30,494 nucleotides of DNA. Origin: Gemmatimonadales bacterium (lineage in GTDB: Bacteria > Gemmatimonadota > Gemmatimonadetes > Gemmatimonadales > GWC2-71-9). Shown in pieces: positions 8,675 to 16,970 of this stretch (positions are counted from its first letter, which is position 1; each line of letters opens with the position of its first letter). The DNA is taken from the NCBI GenBank assembly GCA_041613315.1, contig JBFJHJ010000036.1, positions 1 through 30,494 on the forward strand, given 5' to 3'. Position numbers and translations under genes: made by a program. The notes below the pieces were generated by a model, which saw only the letters and a list, made by a program, of their open reading frames with translations, did no database searches and was not told the DNA's origin.

Positions 8675-9636
8675 GCGCCGCCGACGCGCCTCGCTGCGTG
8701 CTCTGCGGGGCACCCGAGCCGTTCGGGCTGAGCGTCTGTCCACGCTGTGGCGGCACGGCACACGCCGCCGGCGACACGTTCGTCTTCGTGCGGCCCGAGG
8801 GCACGCGCGCCGACCGCCGGCGCGTGTTCGAGGCGTTGGATCCACTCCTCGCCGGCCGGGCGCATCGGGGGGAGCGCAACCTGGTCGCCGCCGGGCATCG
8901 CGCGCTGATCCGGATCCCGGGCGCGGCGGCCGACACGGCGCTCCGCCAGCTCGCGCTGCGCGGCATTCCCGCAGTCGCACGACCCGTCGCCCGCACCTGG
9001 ACGTCGGCGCCGCCGTCGTTCTATCTGCTACTCGTCCTGGTGATCCTGGTGGGCGGGTTGGCGGGGCTGACGGCCGATCCGTTCCTGCTCTGGACGAGTC
9101 CGCTCATCGCGGTCGCCCTGCTGCTCGCCGCGCAGCTGCGGCTCCGACAGCCGGCGATCGCCACGCCGCGGCGGCGCGCCGCGTTTCCGCTGCCCGCAGA
9201 GCAGCGCATCGCGGACACGTTTGCGCGGCTGCCCGACGGCGGGGCCCGCGACCTGCTCGCGCGTCTCGTCCGCGCGGCGGAGCCCGCGTACCGCGCCGTC
9301 CGGGCGACCCCGGCGGCGACGCGTCCGCAGGACGTGATCGAGCTCTTAGGGCACGCCGGTCGTGTCGCGCTGGAACTCGCCGACCTGGACGCGGCGCTGG
9401 AGGCGCTCGATGGTCAGGAAGGATTGGCGCGCGTCACTCAGCTGCGGGATGGCCTGCGCGAGCGATTCCGCCAGGGGATCGGCGTGCTGCACCGGCTCCA
9501 CGCCGAGACCGTGGACGCCGACCCGGCGCAGGCGGAGTTGACGGAGTTACTGCAGGCGCTGGATGACGACACCCGGGCGTACGCCGCGGCGCGTGACGAG
9601 GTGGCATCGCTGGTCGCCGACGGGCGCCGCGGGTAG
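8671..9636 (+). CDS. Hypothetical membrane protein: N-terminal double CxxC Zn ribbon, two TM helices, helical C-terminus
   Basis: ATGA overlap at 8671-8674; CVLC...CPRC; hydrophobic hairpin FYLLLVLVILVGGLAG / FLLWTSPLIAVALLLAA; amphipathic Leu/Ala/Glu-rich tail. Confidence 0.7.
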   Translation: MSAADAPRCVLCGAPEPFGLSVCPRCGGTAHAAGDTFVFVRPEGTRADRRRVFEALDPLLAGRAHRGERNLVAAGHRALIRIPGAAADTALRQLALRGIPAVARPVARTWTSAPPSFYLLLVLVILVGGLAGLTADPFLLWTSPLIAVALLLAAQLRLRQPAIATPRRRAAFPLPAEQRIADTFARLPDGGARDLLARLVRAAEPAYRAVRATPAATRPQDVIELLGHAGRVALELADLDAALEALDGQEGLARVTQLRDGLRERFRQGIGVLHRLHAETVDADPAQAELTELLQALDDDTRAYAAARDEVASLVADGRRG

Positions 9637-9648
9637 CGGCCCGGCGGC

Positions 9649-11601
9649 TTACGGCAGCGCGAACGCCTTGAGCACGGCGTGCTCGCCCGCGCCGGTCGCG
9701 ATCACCACGAACTGCCGACCCGCGCTCGTGCGGTAGGTCATGGGCACCGCGTAGCCGTCGGCCCCCAGCTCCCACGACCAGCGCGTCTCCCCGGTCGCCT
9801 TGTCGATCGCGTAGAGCGTCGAGCCACCACCGGTCAGGAAGACGAGCCCGCCGGCGGTCACGATGGGCCCCGGCGCCCCCATGACCCCGGTCGGCGGGAG
9901 GTCGAGCCCGGCAAGGAGCGGGTGACCGCGGAGTTCGGGCATGTCGCCCACGGTGATCTGCCAGAGGTGCTCCCCGGTGTCGAGCGCGATCGCCGTGAGC
10001 GTGCCGTACGGGGGCTTGTGGATGGGAATCGTTGGAGCGTCGCCCATGCCCGCAACCGCCGAGTCGAGATCAAGCCCCAGCCTCGCGCTGCGGTCGAAGA
10101 CCCAGCGGGCCTGGATCGTGTCGGACGCCTCGGGGCCCCGCAGCCTGATGACCCAGGGCCAATTCGTGGCCTTGACGTACAGCACGCGGGTCTCGGGATC
10201 GACCGCCGCACCGCCCCAACCGGCTCCACCGATCAGCCCCGGCATCAGGATCGTGCCCTCGCGCGACGGCGGCGTGAAGATCGCGCCGATCCGATACTGG
10301 GAGACCTGCGCCAGGGCACGCGCGCGCAGCTCGGGCGTCCAGTCGATCACGTCGTCGGTCGAGAACGCTTGCTTCGCGAACGCCGCGGGTCTGGTCGGGA
10401 ACGGTTGGGTCGGGGCCGCGCGCTCGCCCGGCACGTCCGAGGGCGGGACGGGCCGCTCGTCGATCGGCCACACCGGCGCGCCGGTCACGCGGTCGAAGAC
10501 GTAGACCCATCCGGTCTTGGCGACGACGGCCACCGCGTCGACGCGGCGGCCGTTCACGGTGATCGTCGCGAGGACGGGCGGCGCGGGGAGATCGTAGTCC
10601 CACAGACCGTGGTGCACGGTCTGGAAGTGCCACACCCGCCTCCCCGTGTTCGCGTCGAGACACACGACCGCCTCGGCAAAGAGGTTGTCGCCCTTACGAT
10701 CGCCGCCATAGAAGTCGTTGGACGGCGTGCTCACGGGTAGGTAGAGCAGGCCTCGCGCGGTGTCCACGGTGAACGGCGCCCACACGTTGGTATGCCCCGT
10801 ACGGGCCCACGAGGAATCCTCCCAGGTCTCGTGACCGTATTCGCCCGGCTGGGGGATCGGACTGAAGCGCCAGACCCGCTTCCCCGTCCGCACGTCGAAC
10901 GCCTGCACGTCGCCCGGTGGGTCGCGCCGATAGGTGAGGCGGTCGCCCACACCATTCCCCACGATCACGAGGTTGCGGTAGACGACGGGGGGCGACGTGT
11001 TGGTATAGTGCAGCCGATTCACGGGCCAGATGAGGTCGGCGGTGAGGTCCACTTCGCCGCCGCTCCCGAAGCTCGGGATCGGTCGGCCGGTGTGTGCGTC
11101 GAGCCCGATCAGCCGCCAGCGGCTGGCGATGAAGATCCGGCGCTCCCGGCCATCGCTCCACGTGGCCACGCCGCGGTGAACGAACCCGGTACCGTTGGAC
11201 GGCTGGCCGAAGCGGTACGCCCCGGGATCGTAGATCCAGAACGGCGTGCCCGTGGCGGCATCGAGGGCAGCGACGCGGTTGTAGGGTGTGCTGAGGAAGA
11301 GCGTGTCGCCGATGGCGAGCGGCGTGGTCTGGAACGTGCCCGGTCGCGCCGCCTTCGAGGTGTCGCTGTCGGGGATCGGCGCCTCGCCGACGCGCCACTC
11401 CCAGACCGGCGTGAGCGTCGCCGCGTTGTCGCGGTGGATGTCCGCCAGGGGCGAGTACTTGCGTCCGGCCGCATCGCCGCCGTAGACCGGCCAGCCCACG
11501 GCGGGGCGCTCGCCACCCGGCGGCGCACGGCGCGGCGACCCCTGCTGGGCGTGCGCCGCCACCGTGCTCACCAGCGTCAGGACAGCCCAGACTTGGCGCA
11601 C
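9649..11601 (-). CDS. PQQ-dependent dehydrogenase (glucose/quinate dehydrogenase-like beta-propeller), signal peptide, lacking the N-terminal TM bundle of membrane GDH
   Basis: GTG at 11601 with GAGGAG upstream; WPVYGGD..G.KYSPL, FQTTPL, HRGVATW, NDFYGG, WHFQTVHHGLWDYD, KPPYGTL, VTAGGLVF and AVPMTY motifs. Confidence 0.9.
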   Translation of the reverse strand: MRQVWAVLTLVSTVAAHAQQGSPRRAPPGGERPAVGWPVYGGDAAGRKYSPLADIHRDNAATLTPVWEWRVGEAPIPDSDTSKAARPGTFQTTPLAIGDTLFLSTPYNRVAALDAATGTPFWIYDPGAYRFGQPSNGTGFVHRGVATWSDGRERRIFIASRWRLIGLDAHTGRPIPSFGSGGEVDLTADLIWPVNRLHYTNTSPPVVYRNLVIVGNGVGDRLTYRRDPPGDVQAFDVRTGKRVWRFSPIPQPGEYGHETWEDSSWARTGHTNVWAPFTVDTARGLLYLPVSTPSNDFYGGDRKGDNLFAEAVVCLDANTGRRVWHFQTVHHGLWDYDLPAPPVLATITVNGRRVDAVAVVAKTGWVYVFDRVTGAPVWPIDERPVPPSDVPGERAAPTQPFPTRPAAFAKQAFSTDDVIDWTPELRARALAQVSQYRIGAIFTPPSREGTILMPGLIGGAGWGGAAVDPETRVLYVKATNWPWVIRLRGPEASDTIQARWVFDRSARLGLDLDSAVAGMGDAPTIPIHKPPYGTLTAIALDTGEHLWQITVGDMPELRGHPLLAGLDLPPTGVMGAPGPIVTAGGLVFLTGGGSTLYAIDKATGETRWSWELGADGYAVPMTYRTSAGRQFVVIATGAGEHAVLKAFALP

Positions 11602-11781
11602 CAGTACTCCTCGCGGCGGAAACGCAGCAATGGTGCAGCCGTGGTCACGAGCGCGGAAGGGGTGATGGGGTGGCGCAGAAGTCACCGTGTGGCGACATTC
11701 GACGCTCGCGGCGCTTCGGCCGCACGCCGTCCCGCCATCGTTCTCCCCCGGCGCTCCCGCGTCGGAGCGACTGGAGCTCCC

Positions 11782-12213
11782 ATGAACGTAGCCAAGCAGG
11801 GCGACACCGTCAGTGTGCATTACACCGGAACGCTCGAGGATGGGACCGTGTTCGATTCTTCCGACGGTCGCGAGCCGATCGAGTTCACGATCGGCGAGCG
11901 CGAATTGATCCCCGGCTTCGAGGATGCGATCGTCGGACTCAGCGTCGGCGAGCGAAAGACGGTGACGCTGGCGCCGGCGGACGGGTACGGCGAACGCCGG
12001 GACGAGCGGGTGATCGTCGTGGCGCGGGAGCACTTGCCGCCCGATTTCGACCCGCGGCCCGGCATGGTGGTCCAAAGCACCGTCCCCGGTGGAACGGTGA
12101 TCCTCAACATCACGGACGTGACCGAAGAGGTGGTGACGCTGGACGCCAATCACCCCCTGGCGGGGAGGCAGCTGACCTTCGAGTTGGAGTTGACGGCGAT
12201 CGCCGCGCCCTAA
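11782..12213 (+). CDS. FKBP-type peptidyl-prolyl cis-trans isomerase (SlyD/SlpA-like with insert-in-flap, no His-rich tail)
   Basis: GGAG then ATG 11782; VSVHYTGTLEDGTVFDSS, LIPGFEDAI, YGERR, LDANHPLAGRQLTF. Confidence 0.95.
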   Translation: MNVAKQGDTVSVHYTGTLEDGTVFDSSDGREPIEFTIGERELIPGFEDAIVGLSVGERKTVTLAPADGYGERRDERVIVVAREHLPPDFDPRPGMVVQSTVPGGTVILNITDVTEEVVTLDANHPLAGRQLTFELELTAIAAP

Positions 12214-12236
12214 CGGGAGAGGCGCCGCCGCGCGGC

Positions 12237-12644
12237 TCAGCGCTTGCGCGCGGTGCCGGCGCGGGCGGAGCCGAGCTGGTCCCGTAGCCCCGCGGCCGAC
12301 ATGTGTCGGAACGGCAGCATCGCAGTGCTGTAGCGCACCTCACCCGACGCCGAGCGAAACCGCGTGCAGAGCTGCGCGTTGTTGCCGCCCCGCGAGCCGT
12401 TCCAGCGGCTGCGATATCCCACGAACCACATTTCGCCATCCACTTCGATCTCGCGCTCCGCGTCGCAGTACAGGTCTTTGAGCCGATCCGTACCGAGGTC
12501 CCCGGGCGCGTCGTCCACGGCCTCTTCGCCGACGAGCCGGATGCTGCGGTGGGTGAATACCAGGACGGTCTCTCCCTGCTCGGACCGGCCGGAGCGGACC
12601 TGCCAGGTATAGCCGAAGCGGTCAGTGTATGTCACGTTGGCCAT
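12237..12644 (-). CDS. Hypothetical protein, 135 aa, apparently two tandem copies of a small domain
   Basis: ATG lies 1 nt after the infA stop (TGA-G-ATG); protein-like composition; repeated GxxWxV...F...LxxxxxxA pattern. Confidence 0.65.
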   Translation of the reverse strand: MANVTYTDRFGYTWQVRSGRSEQGETVLVFTHRSIRLVGEEAVDDAPGDLGTDRLKDLYCDAEREIEVDGEMWFVGYRSRWNGSRGGNNAQLCTRFRSASGEVRYSTAMLPFRHMSAAGLRDQLGSARAGTARKR

Positions 12645-12645
12645 C

Positions 12646-12867
12646 TCAGGTCTTGTGCCGGAAGGTGATGCGACCCCGGCTCAGGTCGTAGGGTGACAGC
12701 GCCACGGTCACGCGGTCCCCGGCAAGCACCCTGATGCGAAACCGGCGCATCTTGCCGGCAAGGGTGCAGAGCACGATATGCGCGTTCTCCAACAATACAC
12801 GGAACGTCGTATTGGGTAGCACCTCCGTTACGGTTCCTTGCATCTCAATCGCGTCACTCTTGGCCAT
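12646..12867 (-). CDS. infA: Translation initiation factor IF-1
   Basis: [24 protein letters not shown]...[42 protein letters not shown]. Confidence 0.96.
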   Translation of the reverse strand: MAKSDAIEMQGTVTEVLPNTTFRVLLENAHIVLCTLAGKMRRFRIRVLAGDRVTVALSPYDLSRGRITFRHKT

Positions 12868-12884
12868 CGCTGGTCTACCCTCCT

Positions 12885-13082
12885 TCAGCGCGTGCCGCGA
12901 CGGCGGCCCTTGCTGCGCCGGCGGCGCGCCGCCGCCGCCTTGATGCGCTTCGCTTTGCTCGGCTTCACGTAGTAGCGCTTCTTGCGCAGATCCTTGAGAA
13001 TGCCGGACCGCTGGACCTTGCGACGGAACGTCTTGATCGCCCATTCCACCCGGTCGCCCTCACCCAGAATGATTTCAGTCAT
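12885..13082 (-). CDS. rpsU: 30S ribosomal protein bS21
   Basis: [28 protein letters not shown]...[17 protein letters not shown] before ATG 13082. Confidence 0.93.
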   Translation of the reverse strand: MTEIILGEGDRVEWAIKTFRRKVQRSGILKDLRKKRYYVKPSKAKRIKAAAARRRRSKGRRRGTR

Positions 13083-13107
13083 TCGCTCCCCCATTGGTCG
13101 TGAACGT

Positions 13108-13146
13108 ACGCGGGGCCGCCCCGACGCCATCGGGACGGCCCCGCGT
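13108..13146 (-). other. Strong intergenic RNA hairpin (17-bp stem) between csp and rpsU
   Basis: Minus strand ACGCGGGGCCGTCCCGA-TGGCG-TCGGGGCGGCCCCGCGT: 17 pairs including one G-U; no U-tract follows. Confidence 0.75.
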
Positions 13147-13171
13147 CACGGTCGCGCTCGGCGCGGTCAGC

Positions 13172-13384
13172 TCACGCCTCGAGCACGGTCACGTTCTGTG
13201 CGGCGGGGCCCTTTTGGCCCTGCACCACCTCGAACTCCACCCGCTGTCCCTCGCGGAGTGTCTTGAAGCCGCTTGCCTCAATCGCGGAGAAGTGCACGAA
13301 GCAGTCCTTCTCGCCGTCCTCGCGCGTGATAAACCCGAACCCCTTGCTGTCGTTGAACCACTTCACGGTTCCCGTGGTGCGCAT
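13172..13384 (-). CDS. csp: Cold-shock protein (CspA family)
   Basis: [15 protein letters not shown] (RNP1), CFVHFSAI (RNP2), [19 protein letters not shown] before ATG 13384. Confidence 0.97.
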   Translation of the reverse strand: MRTTGTVKWFNDSKGFGFITREDGEKDCFVHFSAIEASGFKTLREGQRVEFEVVQGQKGPAAQNVTVLEA

Positions 13385-13620
13385 TGCCCTACTCCTTACG
13401 TGTGCCTGGTGATGTACGTCGGAGTCCGGGCATGCCGTCCCGCCCGACCGTGCATCAACTCCCGCGGTCACTGCCCCCGCGTTGGGCAGCCGGCGGCGGC
13501 CTCGGGACCGCTCGACCGGCGAGGCTCCTCTACGATGAGAAACGGGATCTGCGGCGTGCCAGATCCCGTATGCCGTGTTCACTGGTATCGCAGCGCACCG
13601 TCGGGCGCACGTGACGCTGC
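13385..13620 (-). promoter_or_regulatory. Putative long structured 5' leader of csp
   Basis: About 235 nt of non-coding sequence with several inverted repeats, including a perfect 10-bp stem ACGGGATCTG/CAGATCCCGT (13542-13569). Long structured leaders are established for cspA-family genes. Confidence 0.55.
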
Positions 13621-13625
13621 CGTCA

Positions 13626-13654
13626 AATTTAACCCGCTGACCCCAGCGATGGAA
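13626..13654 (-). promoter_or_regulatory. Candidate sigma70 promoter for csp (-35 TTCCAT, 17 nt, -10 TAAATT)
   Basis: Only AT-rich patch in the intergenic region; exact 17-nt spacer; predicted +1 near 13620 coincides with the first leader hairpin. The -35 match is weak. Confidence 0.4.
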
Positions 13655-13724
13655 GTGGCGGTGCGAAGACAGCGTAGGACGCCGGTCCGTCCGCCGGGAT
13701 TCGTGTGTTACGCCCTTATGCGGG

Positions 13725-14051
13725 TCACCGGAGCCGCACGAGAAACCCGCCCTGGTGGAGGTCCAGCGACCAGCCGCGCACGAACGCGGTCAGCTCCCCC
13801 TCGAGCAGGCGCTGTACCCTGGGACGCAGGACGGCGGGGCCGCCCGAGCCGGTCCCCTTCCCCGTGATGATGCGCACCACGGCCCCCGGCTGCCGGCGCC
13901 GCCATGTCATGAGAAAATTCCGGGCCTCCAGCGCCGCCTCGTGGGCGGTCCGGCCGTGGAGATCGAGCGTGGCGACCGGCGTGGCACCGAGGAGCGTCTC
14001 CGGTGGCGGAGACGGGGGGGACTCGGGTGGGGGCCGGCGTTTGCGGGGCAT
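13725..14051 (-). CDS. Stand-alone Smr-domain protein (small MutS-related)
   Basis: [22 protein letters not shown] and GGFLVRLR Smr signatures; start re-placed to ATG 14051. Confidence 0.85.
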   Translation of the reverse strand: MPRKRRPPPESPPSPPPETLLGATPVATLDLHGRTAHEAALEARNFLMTWRRRQPGAVVRIITGKGTGSGGPAVLRPRVQRLLEGELTAFVRGWSLDLHQGGFLVRLR

Positions 14052-14092
14052 CAGTGCCGTCGTGGGCGCGCCATAGGGTCTCCCGGTCGGCG

Positions 14093-14914
14093 CTAGGCCG
14101 CGGGGGGCACCACGAGCTGCTCCGCGGCCGTGAAGAACCGGCGCCGGTACCACAGCGTCGTGAGCGCCGACGTCACCGCCACGGCGCCCGCGAGCATGAA
14201 CATCACCACGATCTGGTAGCGCACCGCGAGGAGCGGTGACTCGCCGGAGAGAATCTGCCCGGTCATCATGCCTGGCAGGGCGACGATGCCCACCACCATG
14301 AGGTTGTTCACCGTCGGGATGAGCGCCGCCCGAAACGCGCGTCGCCCAGGCTCCCGCGAGGCGCGGGCCACCCCTGCCCCCAAGGCGAGGTACGCCTCGA
14401 TCTCGCCGCGGCGGGCACTGATCTCTCCGCTCAGGCGCTCCGCCGCGAGGGTGGCACCGTTCATCGCGTTGCCCACGATCATCCCGAAGAGGGGGATGAG
14501 GTAGCGCGGGTTGTACCAGGGATCCACGCTCACGACGAACCCACCGACGTAAACGAGCGTGAACCCCGAGCCCACGAGGATCGCGAGCGCCATCAGCCCG
14601 TGGAGCCGGGCATCGGGCCGGTCCTGGCGGCGGGCGGCGGTGGCGGCCGCGACCGCCACCATGACGGCGAGGGCGGCGAGGACGAGGTACCAGCGATCCA
14701 GGTCGAAGACGAACACCAGCACGTAGCCCACGAGCAGGAGCTGCACGACGGTCCGCGCGGCCCCCCAGAGCAGCTGACGGCCGAGGCCGGCGCCCTGCCA
14801 CCGCGAGATACCGACGGCGATGAGGACCAGCCCCGCCGCGAGCCCCAGTTCGGGCCACGACACGTCGGCCAGTGGTCGCCCCAGCCACTGGGGTGCCTGC
14901 GCGGCTGCGATCAT
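14093..14914 (-). CDS. fetB: FetB/YbbM (UPF0014) ABC permease
   Basis: ARTVVQLLLVGYVL, PRYLIPLFGMIVGNAMN, IEAYLALGA, GIVALPGMMTGQILSG.SPL.AVRYQI. Confidence 0.9.
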   Translation of the reverse strand: MIAAAQAPQWLGRPLADVSWPELGLAAGLVLIAVGISRWQGAGLGRQLLWGAARTVVQLLLVGYVLVFVFDLDRWYLVLAALAVMVAVAAATAARRQDRPDARLHGLMALAILVGSGFTLVYVGGFVVSVDPWYNPRYLIPLFGMIVGNAMNGATLAAERLSGEISARRGEIEAYLALGAGVARASREPGRRAFRAALIPTVNNLMVVGIVALPGMMTGQILSGESPLLAVRYQIVVMFMLAGAVAVTSALTTLWYRRRFFTAAEQLVVPPAA

Positions 14915-15690
14915 GTCTCGTCGCTGCCGGCGGAGAAGCTCAGGTGCGCGGCGGGTCCGCCGGGCGCGAGGACCCGCTCGGTCGGCCCACAGTGCGCCAC
15001 GCGGCCGTTGGTGAGCACGACCGTCTCGTCGCTGGCGGCGCGCGCTTCTTCCAACCGATGCGTGGCGAACAGCACCGTCAGCCCCGAGTCCCGCACGAGC
15101 CGCTTCACGGTCTCGAGCAGCCGGCCGGCCGTCGGCGGGTCGAGGCCCGCCGTGGGCTCGTCCAGCAGGAGCGCCTCCGGCGCCGTCATCAGGGCTCGCG
15201 CAATGGTGACGCGGCGCTGCTGACCCACCGAGAGGCGTTCCGCGTCGCGATCGAGGAGCGCGGGATCCAGCTGCGCCAGCGCGATCGCCCGCGCGACGCG
15301 CGCGTCGAGCTCGTGCTCCGGGGCGCTCACCACCTGCGCCGCCTCGGAGAGATTGTCCCGCACGGTGCCCGGGAACATCACGGGAAGCTGGGCCACGAAC
15401 CCCACCCGACAGCGGAGCTCACGCACCGGCACGTCGACGAATCGCCGGTCGCGGAAGCGGATCTCGCCCGCCGTGGGATCGTCCAGCCGGTTGAGCAGGC
15501 GAAGCAGTGAGGTCTTTCCCGACCCGGAGGGACCGATCAGCGCCGTCACTCGCCCGGTTTGGATCCCGAGGTCCACGCCGTCCAGGATCCGGACACCTTC
15601 CCGCTCCTGCGAAACCCCCCGGAGGGTGAACGCCGCCCCGTCGGCCGGTGCCGCGACCCCGGCCCCGTACTCGGGGTGCCCGGCCGTCAC
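14911..15690 (-). CDS. ABC ATP-binding protein, FetA/YbbL (STAR1)-like partner of FetB
   Basis: Walker A GPSGSGKT, signature LSVGQQRR, Walker B LLLDEPT, H-loop ATH; GTG 15690 overlaps the upstream TGA, and its own stop overlaps the fetB start. Confidence 0.88.
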   Translation of the reverse strand: MTAGHPEYGAGVAAPADGAAFTLRGVSQEREGVRILDGVDLGIQTGRVTALIGPSGSGKTSLLRLLNRLDDPTAGEIRFRDRRFVDVPVRELRCRVGFVAQLPVMFPGTVRDNLSEAAQVVSAPEHELDARVARAIALAQLDPALLDRDAERLSVGQQRRVTIARALMTAPEALLLDEPTAGLDPPTAGRLLETVKRLVRDSGLTVLFATHRLEEARAASDETVVLTNGRVAHCGPTERVLAPGGPAAHLSFSAGSDET

Positions 15691-16970
15691 GGCCGCGCGG
15701 GAGCGCTCGGCGCCACGTGGCGGTACACCGTGCCGCCCTTCATCACGAAGACCACGCGCCGCAGCGCGGTGATGTCCGTCAGCGGGTCGCCCTGCACCGC
15801 GATCAGATCGGCGCCGAGGCCGGGAGCGATTGCGCCGATTCGATCGTGCAGCCCGAGCGCCCGCGCCGCCACGGACGATGCGGACACGATCGCCTGCATC
15901 GGGTCCTGCCCGCCCTGCTGCACGCGGTAGACCAACTCCTCGACGTTGCGGCCGTGGGCGCCCGCCACGGCATCGGTCCCGAAGACGATCACGAGGCCCG
16001 GGACGCGCAGCGCCCGCTGAAAGACCTCGAGCGCCACGGGCACGGCTCTCGCCATCTGTGCGAACCCCTCGTCGGTGTAGTTGCCGACTCCGAGGAACCG
16101 ATCCCGGTTCTCGAAGTAGTTCTGGAAGATGAGCCCGATGTGGGGATCGTAGACCGTGCCGCGCGCCGCCATGAGGCGGAGCGTCGCGTCGTCGAGCAGC
16201 GCGCCGTGTTCGATGGTCGTGCAACCGGCCGTCACGGCGCGCCGCGCGCTCTCCGGGCTGTGGGCGTGGACCGCCGTGCGAAGGCCCTGAACCCGTGCCT
16301 CGCCACACGCCGCGTCCAGCTGTTCCTGCGTCAGCGTCGGGGTCCCACCGTCCCGGATGCTCGCCGAGGCGAAGATCTTGATCACGTCGGCGCCGTCCGC
16401 CTTGCGCTGCCGTACGGCGGCGCGGATCTCCTCCGCCGAGCCGGTCCGGTCGGTGATCGCCTCGAGCGACGTGAGGAGGCGCGGTCCCGGAATCACGCCC
16501 CGGGCGATCGCGTCTCGCAGGTCGCGCTCCATCGGCGCTCCCAACCCCTGCGCCGTCGTGACCCCGCCCATGAGCGTCCGGTAGGCGTTCTCCACCGCGT
16601 AGAGCATGCTCTGGGCCGGGGTCTCGTCGCTCTCGGCGCTGTGGATGCGGCCGTTGGCGTCGAAGTGCCACGTGAGGTGGACGTGGGTGTCGATCAGGCC
16701 GGGCAGGAGGGTCAGGCCGGGGAGATCGTACGTCAGCGGACCGCGGTGGCTCGTCTCCACCGCCGCGATCGTGGACCCCTGGACGACGACCGTTGCGTGC
16801 TGCAGCACGGCGCCGCGCCCGTCGAGCACCCGGCTCGGGCGGATCGTGATCGGGGGGTCCTGGGCGACGGCTGGCGGCCCGGCCAGGCAGGCAGCCGCCA
16901 GCGCCAGGGCCGCTGGCCTCAGGAATGTCGCCGGCGGGTCACGCCGCGTCCGGCGCCTGCCCCCACTCAT
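15687..16970 (-). CDS. Metal-dependent amidohydrolase (Xaa-Pro dipeptidase-like subgroup), probably secreted
   Basis: PGLIDTHVHL (HxH), VIKIFAS (carbamylated Lys position), AVHAH, TIEHG, FGTDA, GLGADLIAV.GDPL.DI; signal-like PAALALAAACLAGPPAVAQ. Start position uncertain. Confidence 0.88.
   Translation of the reverse strand: MSGGRRRTRRDPPATFLRPAALALAAACLAGPPAVAQDPPITIRPSRVLDGRGAVLQHATVVVQGSTIAAVETSHRGPLTYDLPGLTLLPGLIDTHVHLTWHFDANGRIHSAESDETPAQSMLYAVENAYRTLMGGVTTAQGLGAPMERDLRDAIARGVIPGPRLLTSLEAITDRTGSAEEIRAAVRQRKADGADVIKIFASASIRDGGTPTLTQEQLDAACGEARVQGLRTAVHAHSPESARRAVTAGCTTIEHGALLDDATLRLMAARGTVYDPHIGLIFQNYFENRDRFLGVGNYTDEGFAQMARAVPVALEVFQRALRVPGLVIVFGTDAVAGAHGRNVEELVYRVQQGGQDPMQAIVSASSVAARALGLHDRIGAIAPGLGADLIAVQGDPLTDITALRRVVFVMKGGTVYRHVAPSAPARP

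Noticed and set aside
10590..10620. WDYD in the PQQ enzyme as a lanthanide-binding (XoxF/PedH) signature
   Set aside because: The protein is glucose/quinate-dehydrogenase-like and lacks the vicinal Cys-Cys of methanol/ethanol dehydrogenases; a DxD here is usual in that subfamily and not diagnostic.
11602..12153. N-terminal 184-aa extension of the PQQ dehydrogenase in the ORF track
   Set aside because: Overlaps the clear plus-strand FKBP gene; a GTG with GAGGAG and a signal peptide at 11601 explains the protein.
13725..14888. 387-aa ORF suggesting a large Smr fusion
   Set aside because: The upstream part is Arg/Gly-rich off-frame translation of fetB; the Smr domain starts near ATG 14051.
14911..16671. 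586-aa ABC ATPase with a long N-terminal domain
   Set aside because: The extension is an alternative frame of the amidohydrolase; the GTGA overlap at 15687-15690 gives a normal 259-aa ATPase.
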